In this document: positions 54,008-62,489 of the stretch, piece by piece
Numbering within the stretch: the first letter of the stretch is position 1
How the letters are laid out: each line of letters begins with the position of its first letter
Source of the DNA: Myxococcota bacterium
GTDB lineage: Bacteria > Myxococcota_A > Polyangia > Nannocystales > Nannocystaceae
DNA: 64,000 nucleotides
NCBI GenBank assembly: GCA_039028615.1
Contig: JBCCHT010000001.1
Location: 224,001 to 288,000, forward strand
Direction: 5' to 3'
The notes under the pieces: model-generated
The model's database searches: none
The model's input: only the letters and a program-made list of their open reading frames with translations
What the model was told of the DNA's origin: nothing
Program-made: the position numbers and the translations under genes

Positions 54008-54524
54008 GGTCACGTCACTGCGCAATGCCGAGCGAGACTTCTCGCTCCACGCCCCGACCCACGTCATCTCGATGATGGACCCGTCGGTCGATCCTGCGCG
54101 TGTTCCCAAGTTCGGAACCTCCGCCAGCGTCCTCCAACTCTTCTTCTATGACGACGATGATCTGGACCAGCAAACCGAGCCGGTCATCGTGTCACTTCGT
54201 CGGATCTTGGCATTCTTGCGAGAGTTCATCGCGACCCCCGGGGACACGAGCCTGCTCTTGCACTGCCACGCGGGGGCAAGCCGCAGTCCAGGCGTCGCGT
54301 ACATCTATCTCGCGATGCGGCTCGGTCCCGGAAACGAGGACCGTGCATTTGCCGAGTTGTTCGAGTTCACGAACAAACCATGGCCGAGCCGACACCTGGT
54401 CGAGCTCGCCGATGAAGAACTCGGACTCGAAGGCAGGCTGCTCCGTCCCCTCGACGCCTATCGAGCTCGATTCCCACGACGCTATGACGCGTACATGAGG
54501 CTCAATCGACGACGATCGTTATAA
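53985..54524 (+). CDS. Protein-tyrosine-phosphatase-like protein
   Basis: THVISMMDP and the LLHCHAGASRS CX5R P-loop. Confidence 0.85.
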   Translation: MSPGMNPRVTSLRNAERDFSLHAPTHVISMMDPSVDPARVPKFGTSASVLQLFFYDDDDLDQQTEPVIVSLRRILAFLREFIATPGDTSLLLHCHAGASRSPGVAYIYLAMRLGPGNEDRAFAELFEFTNKPWPSRHLVELADEELGLEGRLLRPLDAYRARFPRRYDAYMRLNRRRSL

Positions 54525-54528
54525 ACCC

Positions 54529-57500
54529 ATGCCAGGCTCATCCAACACGGTCGCGGCTCGGCTGCCCTTCCACCGCGTAGTCTCGACGGCAGACACGTCG
54601 GACGAATCCGCCGATCGGATCGTCGACACCACTCTGTCGACCCGAATTGCAGAATTCTCGGCCACCGTCGGGGTCGAGCCGGTGCATATCTACGCCGCAG
54701 CCCACTTGCTCACTCTCGGGGTCCTGACACAGGAACGGAGCCTCGACACGGTCGTCATATCGAATGACCGAGCTCGAGCCCTTTCCCATCAGTCGTCGAC
54801 GAGGTCGAAGAGAGAGGTCGTCGAGGATGTCGCGCGTCAGCTGGCGCAGACCAACCCCGTCGCGCTCGACGACCTCGCCGAGTTCGAGACGGCGCTCATC
54901 TATGGGTCCGAGTCCCGCTCCAGCCTCGCCCCCGGGCTGCTCTTCGGCTTTTCCGCCGCGGAGACGGCTCGTGGGACCCGGCTCGGCGTCAGCACTCGTA
55001 GTCTTCGTATCTCGCCCGAGCTTGCACGGTATGCCCTGAATATCTACACCGAGGTCCTGGGGGCGATCGTATGCACCCCCGATGAGCCCCTGACCTATCG
55101 AGACTATCTCGCGCAGGACGAATTCGAGAGCATCGTCCTCGACTTCAACGACACCATCACTCCGTATGACGAGTCGGCGCTGCTGCACACCGGTTTCGAT
55201 CGGCAAGCACAGACCTGCCCATCCCGAGTCGCCCTCGTCTGGGGAGAGACGTCGGTGAGCTATGGAGAGCTGCAGCGCAACGCCAACCAGCTCGCCAACC
55301 TGTGGCTCTCGTCCGGGCTCCTCGAGCCGGGCGATCGAGTCGCCCTGCTCTCGGAACGCTCGCCCTTCGCGATCGCGGCGATGCTCGCAGCGCTGAAGGC
55401 CGGCTGCACGTACATCCCGATTGATCCCGAGTTCCCACCGGAGCGCCAGCGCTACATCATCGAGAACTCCGAAGCCCGCTTCATCGCGGCCGACCGCAGC
55501 TACGACATCGTGGATGAGCTCGGCGTGCCCGCGTTCGTGAGCGGCGACGAGCGCCTCGCGAACCAGCCCACGACAGGCCCAACCGCGGCGGCCTCTCCCG
55601 AGGACCTCGCGTACGTCATCTACACCTCCGGGTCCACGGGCAGGCCCAAGGGCGTGATGGTCGAGCACCGCTCGGCGGTGAACCTCGTAGAGACCATCAA
55701 CCGCGAGTACACGGTCGACGCATCCGATCGACTCATCCTGCTCTCGTCGCTGTGCTTCGATCTGTCCGTCTACGACGTCTTCGGCGCGCTGTCGGTCGGG
55801 GCGAGCCTGCTGCTGATCACGCCCGATCAGATCGTCGACGGGTTCAAGCTCGCCGAACAGCTCGAGCGGCACCACGTCACGCTGTGGAACTCGGTGCCGT
55901 CGACCATGTCGCTGCTCCTCGAGGTCCTCTCGAGCCCTTCGGCTCGCTACACCCTCCCCGACCTGCGCTTGGTCCTGCTCAGCGGCGACTGGATCCCGCT
56001 ACGGCTGCCCAGCGTGCTCGCAGACAAGTGTCCGAGCGCTCGGCTCATCAGCTTGGGTGGTGCGACCGAAGGAACCGTCTGGTCGAACCACTATCCGGTC
56101 GGCCAAGTGGCGTCGCACTGGGCCAGCATTCCCTACGGCTACCCTCTCGCGAACAACTTCTTCTACGTGCTCGACGACGACGGCCAGCCTCTGCCGCGTG
56201 AAGTCGTGGGAGAGTTGTGCATCGGCGGTCTCGGTGTCGCCCGCGGGTACATGAACGACGAGGAGCGGACCGCTCGAGCGTTCGTCGACAACCCCTTCAC
56301 TCAGGCACACGAGGGCCGCCTGTATCGCACGGGCGATCTAGGCCGTCTCACCCTCGAGGGTCACCTCGAGATCATCGGGCGGAAGGACGCCCAGGTCAAA
56401 ATCAACGGCTACCGGATCGAGCTCGGTGAAGTCGAGCACGCGCTCGAGCGCAACGACCAGGTCGAGCGGGCGGTCGCAGTCGCTCGCAGCGTGAACCAAG
56501 CCGGCGATCGTCAGCTGGTGGCGTACGTCGTGGGACGCTCGGGGATCGACCTCGATCCCGGCGAGCTTCGAGATCACCTCGCGGGGATCGTGCCGTCGTA
56601 CATGGTGCCGTCTCTGTTCGTGTTCGTGGACGAGCTGCCGCAGAACGACAACGGCAAGATCGATCGGAGCAAGCTCCCCGCACCCGATCTCGCGTCCATC
56701 AAGATCGGACCGAAGGCAGCCCCGCCGTCTCGAGGTGGTGCCTCGCCGGTCCATCGTCATCTTCACGCGTTCTGCTCCGAAGAGCTCGGGCTGGAGCTTT
56801 CGACCACGACCGCGACGCTGGTCGATCTGGGCCTGACGTCGCTCGGTGCGGTGCGCCTGCTGACCGAGGTCCACCGCGAGTTCGGCATCGAGCTGTCCGT
56901 CGCGTTGCTGATGAGCTTGGCGACGCTGGATGGCCTGGTCAGCTATGTCGAAGAGCACGCTTCGGCCTCGGGCGAAGGGTCGAGTGCCGTCGTTGCGGCC
57001 GAGGCCCTCGATGCTCCAGAGACTCCGATCCCCCTGACGGGCCTGCAGCGCTCGTACTGGTTCGGCGAAGGCTCGTTCTTCCCGCTCGGCCAGAGCATCG
57101 CGCATACGTACCGGGAGCATCAGATCTCGTCCGATGCGGCCGCCCGCCTCGACGACGCGATCAATGCCCTCATCGCGGCGCACCCGGTGCTTCGAGCGTT
57201 CGTCACTCGCGACGGTCACTGGAAGATCCTTCCCGAGGCGAAGTACCGCTGCACACGAACCGAGTTCACGGCCGACTCCGATGTCGACAAAGAACTCGAG
57301 GCGCTACGGACCGAGCATCGGGAGCACGGGGTCGAGACCTCGAGCTGGCCGCTCTTCGAATTCCACGCCGTGAAGCTCCCGGACGAGTCGTTCCGGTTGT
57401 TGTCGAGAATCGATCTGATCCTCCTGGATGGCGTCAGCATCGACAATCTGTTTCGGCAGCTCTCCGATCTGCTCGCGACCGAGGTGTGCGACGTCGCTCC

Positions 57501-59763
57501 GCCGCGCTCGACCTACGAGGAGTACCGTCGCACGTGGATGTCGGCGTTCGTGAATACCGATCGTTTCCGAGAGGCGGAGCGCTACTGGAAGGCGGCCGTT
57601 CCGTCGCTGCCGGACGCCCCTCGGTTGCCGCAGCTTCGCCCGATCGACGACGCACCGCGCTCGAGCCTGACGACGAAGTCGTTCACGGTCGATGCCGACC
57701 CCTGGTCGCGCCTGCAACGCGAAGCTGAAGCGATCCAGGTCAGCCCGAGTCTGCTGCTCTACGCCGCGTTCGCGCTGGTCCTTCGCCGCTGGAACGAAGC
57801 ACCTCGCTTCACCGTCAACGTCCTCTACTACAACCGCGAGCCCCTGGTCGAAGAGGTCGGCCAAGTGTTCGGCAACTTCTCGTCCACGGTCCTGTCGGCG
57901 GTCGATGTGCGTCGAGGCGAGAGCTTCGTGGCGTTCTTGCGACGCCTCTCCGAACAACGGAACCGCGAGCTGAAGCACGCGATCTACGATGGCGTCGATG
58001 TCTTGACCGAGCTCAATCGTCGTCGTAGCGACGACCACCGCGGCATGCCGGTCGTCTTCACCAGCCTGCTCGGCGTCGAAAACTCCGGCAAACGAGACGT
58101 GCTCTCGGAAGCGGCGTTCGGCGTTCAGACTCCGCAGGTCTACCTCGACATGCTCGTCCGGGAATCCGGCGAAAAACTCGTCGTCACGTGGTCCGTGCAA
58201 GAGGACCTCTTCGAGCCCGGGCTCTTCGATGACATGCAGTGGTCACTGCAGCACGTGCTCGGGCGCATCGCTCGAGAGGGCATCCCCGACGAACGACTCG
58301 ACGTTGCGCTCCCTCCCCAGCAAGCGAAACTCGTCAGCGAATCGTCCGCGAGCGGCTCGCTACGCGGCCGACATGGGATCCATGTCTTGAACGACGAAGG
58401 GCAATTCTGTCCCGTCGGCGTCGTCGGACACGCGTTCACGAAGGTCCTGCCGGGAGGCAAAGACAACACCTTCACCGTCCCCTGCCCCGGCTCGGGCGCC
58501 TTGCTACACGGTGCCGGGCAGCGATGCCGATACCTCGGCGATGGAAGCGTCGAGTTTCTCGATGAGCCCGACGTCGCGGTCGACCTTCAGACCTCGGAGT
58601 CGGACGACACCTCCGTCCCCCAGCGTGAACGAGCGATCGCCCAAATGGCGGTCGAGCTCGAGCAAGCGTGGGGGGAGCTGCTCGGTCTGTCGAACATCGG
58701 GGTCGATGCCAACTTCTTCGAGCTCGGCGGGAGCTCGCTCTCCGCCGTCCGACTGCTGAGCAAGATCGAGCAACGGTTCGGACACAAGCTCCCGGTCGCG
58801 GAACTCTACCGACGGTCGACGCCCCAGGCCCTAGCGGCATACCTCGTCGATCGCCCGCAGAACGCTCCGGCTCTCACCGCGGCCGACGACAACTTTCTAC
58901 TCCTGCAGCCCGACGGAGATCGCAGCCCGTTCTTCTGCATTCACGCGATCAGTGGTCACGCTCTCGGATACCGAGCGCTGGCTCAGCAGCTACGCGGATC
59001 CGATCGCCCGTTCTACGGCATTCAGGCCTTCGGGATCGAGTCGGGTCAGCAGCCGATCTCCAGCATTCCAGAGATCGCGAAGCGATACGTCGCGGCGCTG
59101 CGAAAAATCGACCCCCAAGGTCCATACTCCTTGGGCGGATGGTCCTTCGGTGGGTTGGTTGCGTACGAAGCTGGGCGGCAGCTGATCGCAGCTGGGCAGC
59201 GCGTCGACCAAGTGATCATGCTCGACACCGTGGTGCCTTCGCTCGAGCCGCACAGCGACCTGCACGACGCCCCGGAACTCTATCAACTGTTCCTGGCCGA
59301 CGTCGAAGCGAGTCAGAGCATCCATCCCGATACGAGCGGAGACAAGGGTCGCGCTAGCATCCAGACCCTCGCGGCACAGCCCTTGGAGAAACTGTTCCGC
59401 GTGTACTCGGCACACAGCCGAGCGATGGCCGACTACACGGTCGAGCCGATCGATGCCCCCGTCACCTTGCTACGCGCGACCGAGCGACGCCCCTCCGAGT
59501 TCGATGCTCATCTGCAGATTACAGATGACGCGCTCGGATGGTCCGTGTTCCCCAATGTGCGCGTCGTCGATGTTCCGGGCGATCACTTCTCGATCTTCGC
59601 CGAGCAGAACCTCCCCCGGCTCGTCGATGTGTTGACTTCGGCGCTCGAGCCCGCGAGCGGTGATGCCTACATGTTGAACTTGTCCGCACGAGCGAACGCT
59701 TCGGTCGATGACGGGGCACCCGCTGCCACCGAGCCCGCGAAGCGGGCCTCGGGTCACGAATAG
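54529..59763 (+). CDS. NRPS: partial C - A(Cys) - T - Cy - vestigial A - T - TE
   Basis: A core motifs YTSGSTGRPKG, FDLS, SGD, GGATE, LYRTGD, NGKIDR. T domains LGLTSL and LGGSSL. Cy motifs PLTGLQRSYW, DLILLDGVS, PVVFTS, QTPQVYLD. TE motifs GWSFG and GDH. Confidence 0.93.
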   Translation: MPGSSNTVAARLPFHRVVSTADTSDESADRIVDTTLSTRIAEFSATVGVEPVHIYAAAHLLTLGVLTQERSLDTVVISNDRARALSHQSSTRSKREVVEDVARQLAQTNPVALDDLAEFETALIYGSESRSSLAPGLLFGFSAAETARGTRLGVSTRSLRISPELARYALNIYTEVLGAIVCTPDEPLTYRDYLAQDEFESIVLDFNDTITPYDESALLHTGFDRQAQTCPSRVALVWGETSVSYGELQRNANQLANLWLSSGLLEPGDRVALLSERSPFAIAAMLAALKAGCTYIPIDPEFPPERQRYIIENSEARFIAADRSYDIVDELGVPAFVSGDERLANQPTTGPTAAASPEDLAYVIYTSGSTGRPKGVMVEHRSAVNLVETINREYTVDASDRLILLSSLCFDLSVYDVFGALSVGASLLLITPDQIVDGFKLAEQLERHHVTLWNSVPSTMSLLLEVLSSPSARYTLPDLRLVLLSGDWIPLRLPSVLADKCPSARLISLGGATEGTVWSNHYPVGQVASHWASIPYGYPLANNFFYVLDDDGQPLPREVVGELCIGGLGVARGYMNDEERTARAFVDNPFTQAHEGRLYRTGDLGRLTLEGHLEIIGRKDAQVKINGYRIELGEVEHALERNDQVERAVAVARSVNQAGDRQLVAYVVGRSGIDLDPGELRDHLAGIVPSYMVPSLFVFVDELPQNDNGKIDRSKLPAPDLASIKIGPKAAPPSRGGASPVHRHLHAFCSEELGLELSTTTATLVDLGLTSLGAVRLLTEVHREFGIELSVALLMSLATLDGLVSYVEEHASASGEGSSAVVAAEALDAPETPIPLTGLQRSYWFGEGSFFPLGQSIAHTYREHQISSDAAARLDDAINALIAAHPVLRAFVTRDGHWKILPEAKYRCTRTEFTADSDVDKELEALRTEHREHGVETSSWPLFEFHAVKLPDESFRLLSRIDLILLDGVSIDNLFRQLSDLLATEVCDVAPPRSTYEEYRRTWMSAFVNTDRFREAERYWKAAVPSLPDAPRLPQLRPIDDAPRSSLTTKSFTVDADPWSRLQREAEAIQVSPSLLLYAAFALVLRRWNEAPRFTVNVLYYNREPLVEEVGQVFGNFSSTVLSAVDVRRGESFVAFLRRLSEQRNRELKHAIYDGVDVLTELNRRRSDDHRGMPVVFTSLLGVENSGKRDVLSEAAFGVQTPQVYLDMLVRESGEKLVVTWSVQEDLFEPGLFDDMQWSLQHVLGRIAREGIPDERLDVALPPQQAKLVSESSASGSLRGRHGIHVLNDEGQFCPVGVVGHAFTKVLPGGKDNTFTVPCPGSGALLHGAGQRCRYLGDGSVEFLDEPDVAVDLQTSESDDTSVPQRERAIAQMAVELEQAWGELLGLSNIGVDANFFELGGSSLSAVRLLSKIEQRFGHKLPVAELYRRSTPQALAAYLVDRPQNAPALTAADDNFLLLQPDGDRSPFFCIHAISGHALGYRALAQQLRGSDRPFYGIQAFGIESGQQPISSIPEIAKRYVAALRKIDPQGPYSLGGWSFGGLVAYEAGRQLIAAGQRVDQVIMLDTVVPSLEPHSDLHDAPELYQLFLADVEASQSIHPDTSGDKGRASIQTLAAQPLEKLFRVYSAHSRAMADYTVEPIDAPVTLLRATERRPSEFDAHLQITDDALGWSVFPNVRVVDVPGDHFSIFAEQNLPRLVDVLTSALEPASGDAYMLNLSARANASVDDGAPAATEPAKRASGHE

Positions 59764-59794
59764 GGCTGCTTCGTAGCCCGACCTCGGGCGCCGC

Positions 59795-60850
59795 TCATAC
59801 AAAGACGGCGCACGAAGGTCGGGCCATCGGGATCGGATCTCCGACCCGCGAGAGACGACCGGTCTCATCGTCGATCCGATAGACGACGATGGTATCGCCC
59901 GGCATGTTCGAGCAGAGCAAGTACGACCCATCGGGCGACATGGCCAGGTGCTGCGGTCCCCGCCCCACGCCCTCGGTGATGTCGACGAGGGCGAGTTCGC
60001 CGGAATCTCCGATCTGAAACACGGCGATGCTGTCGTGCCCTCGATTCGTTCCGTAGAGAAAACGACCCGAGGGGGTGATCTTGATGTCGGCGGTATCGGT
60101 GACCTCGTCGTATCCCGGCGGCAGAGTCGAGAGGGTCTTCCGTTCGTGCAAGGCCCCGGACGCGGAATCGTAGTCGTAGTGGGTGATGGTGTCCGAGATT
60201 TCGTTGATGACGTAGACCCACGGCGCCGACGGATGGAACTCCATGTGGCGAGGGCCCGCGGCGGGAGCCGTGCGCACGATCGGTGGTTCGGACTGCGTCA
60301 GGGCTCCACGCTCGGCGTCGAAGCGGTAGCCGTGAATGACGTCCATGCCCAAGTCCACGACGTAGACATGGCGGTTGTCTGGGCTGGGCACGATCGCATG
60401 CGGGTGCGAGGCCGCCTGCCGCTCGGGGGTCACGCTCGAGCCTTGGTGGTGAACGAACACCCCGGCTGCGCCGAGGGAACCGTCGGGTCGAACCGGGTAG
60501 CCGAAGATGTCTCCCGCGGCGTACGTCGCGGTGAACACCATCGTTCCGGCGACATCGACCGAGAGATAGCAAGCGCTGTCGCTCGCCGGCTGGCGGTTGA
60601 GCCTGACGAGTCCACCGTCGTCGTCGACCCGCTCGAACGCGGCCACGCCCCCCTGCTCGTATTCATCGATCGCGTACAGAAATCGTCGACAAGACGAAAG
60701 CGCCAAGAAGAAGGGGGTCGTCGTGTCGGTGGTACGTCGAAGCAGCTCGAGCCGCCCCGTTTGCGCGTCCATGCGCGCCGCTTGAATCCCCGGGTCTTCT
60801 TCCGAGAAAGAACTGATGTAGACCAGAAAGGAGCGAGGCGTACCGGGCAT
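59795..60850 (-). CDS. Lactonase, 7-bladed beta-propeller (6-phosphogluconolactonase-like)
   Basis: RQAASHPH, DLGMD, AGPRHMEFHP, ADIKITPSGRFLYGTNRGHDSIA. Confidence 0.9.
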   Translation of the reverse strand: MPGTPRSFLVYISSFSEEDPGIQAARMDAQTGRLELLRRTTDTTTPFFLALSSCRRFLYAIDEYEQGGVAAFERVDDDGGLVRLNRQPASDSACYLSVDVAGTMVFTATYAAGDIFGYPVRPDGSLGAAGVFVHHQGSSVTPERQAASHPHAIVPSPDNRHVYVVDLGMDVIHGYRFDAERGALTQSEPPIVRTAPAAGPRHMEFHPSAPWVYVINEISDTITHYDYDSASGALHERKTLSTLPPGYDEVTDTADIKITPSGRFLYGTNRGHDSIAVFQIGDSGELALVDITEGVGRGPQHLAMSPDGSYLLCSNMPGDTIVVYRIDDETGRLSRVGDPIPMARPSCAVFV

Positions 60851-60977
60851 GGGACGAGGCCGGGAACTCTAGCGCATCGAGATCTCGCGCTCCAGCCTCC
60901 GGGGCGTCGTCGAGCGGCGCCGACCGGAAGGGCCGCTGCCGCTCGACACCATCACCTACGACCGGCGAGACACGCCG

Positions 60978-62195
60978 CTACGCCGTCGCAGCCGACAGGA
61001 CCTTCTCCACCGCATCGCACAGCGACCGCATGTCCGCCTCCTCCAGGGTAGGGTGAACCGGGAACAGCAGGCTCGTGTCTCCGAGTTCGCTGGAGTTGGG
61101 TAGCTCTTCCTTCGGAGTCCAATCCGCGGGAAACACCTTCTCCCGATACATCGGCAAGTAACCGGACGAGCACGGCACGCCCTCGGCCCCAATGGCGTCC
61201 TGCACCTTGTGCCGATCCCAGCCGGGCTTGAGCCGCTCCGGCCGGACACACACCGAGTACTTGTAATACGAGTGCTCGACGTCGGCGGGCGGATGCACCA
61301 CTCGCAGCGCGGGGAGCTGCTGAAACGACTCGGTGAGAATGGCCGCGTTGCGGCGCCGCAGCGCCACCTGCTTGGGCAGCTCCCTGAGCTGGATGCGCCC
61401 CATCGCCGCTTGCATCTCCGTCATGCGGAAGTTGGTGCCGAACGCCTCGTGCAGCAGCCGATAGCCCGGGGGATGCTTCTTCCGATAGACGGTGTCGTAG
61501 GACTTCCCGTGGTCCTTCAGGCTCCACGCCGTATTCCAGATGGACTCGTCGTCGGTGGTGAGCAGGCCGCCCTCTCCTCCCGTCGTGATGATCTTGTCCT
61601 GACAAAATGAAAACGCATTCACATGTCCGATCGACCCGACCAGACGGCCCTTGTACGTCGCACCGTGGGCCTGCGCACAGTCTTCGATGACCTTGATGTC
61701 ATGACGTGCAGCCAACTCCATGATCGAGTCGAGATCGGCCGGCCAACCGTAGAGGTGCACGACGATGATGGCGCGCGTCTGTGGCGTCAACGCCTGCTCG
61801 ATGGTCGCAGCCGTGACGTTTTGACTATCGAGGTCGACGTCGGCGAAGACGGGCCGCGCGCCGCGAGCAGCCACACAGCTCGCGGATGCGACGAAGCTGC
61901 GGCTCGTGACGACGACATCGTCTCCGGGCCCGATCCCGAGCGCCCACAGGCATAGTTCGAGGGCGACCGTACCGTTGGCCAGGGCGATGCCGTGTCCGAC
62001 GTTCAACGATTCTGCGTACTCTCGTTCGAACGAGCGGCCGTTGTCACCGGTCCAATAGTTCACCCGACCCGAGCGCAGGACAGCGGAAGCCGCTTCGATC
62101 TGTTCCTCATCATAAGCCGGCCAACGAGGCCAAGGCGCGGAACGAACCGGGGCGCCGCCATCGACTGCGAGTCGCGCTTCACGAGGTGAATCCAT
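60978..62195 (-). CDS. DegT/DnrJ/EryC1/StrS family PLP aminotransferase
   Basis: ANGTVALE, IEDCAQAHGA, FSFCQDKIITTGGEGG, GTNFRMTEMQAA. Start placed at ATG 62195. Confidence 0.93.
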   Translation of the reverse strand: MDSPREARLAVDGGAPVRSAPWPRWPAYDEEQIEAASAVLRSGRVNYWTGDNGRSFEREYAESLNVGHGIALANGTVALELCLWALGIGPGDDVVVTSRSFVASASCVAARGARPVFADVDLDSQNVTAATIEQALTPQTRAIIVVHLYGWPADLDSIMELAARHDIKVIEDCAQAHGATYKGRLVGSIGHVNAFSFCQDKIITTGGEGGLLTTDDESIWNTAWSLKDHGKSYDTVYRKKHPPGYRLLHEAFGTNFRMTEMQAAMGRIQLRELPKQVALRRRNAAILTESFQQLPALRVVHPPADVEHSYYKYSVCVRPERLKPGWDRHKVQDAIGAEGVPCSSGYLPMYREKVFPADWTPKEELPNSSELGDTSLLFPVHPTLEEADMRSLCDAVEKVLSAATA

Positions 62196-62489
62196 GTCGA
62201 GAAGCATAGGAGAGCATGGGCCTTGCGTCATGGCCGTTTTGTGCTCGGGGCCGCACACCGAGCGCTCGAACAGTCACATCGCCGACCGCCCCACAGGCGC
62301 GCCGACGGAGCGCGACGACAGCCGGTGAACTCACCACCTTCATCGCAAAGATCGAGCGCGAACCGGAGCCTCTCAGGCCCGCTCACGCGGTCGGTTACGC
62401 CCGGCTTCGTGCCGTGTGGAGCCATTGCACGCACCGCCTTTTTCGTTGTAAATCACGTCTCCGGCCGACGTGTCGTGGAGGCTCGCTCG

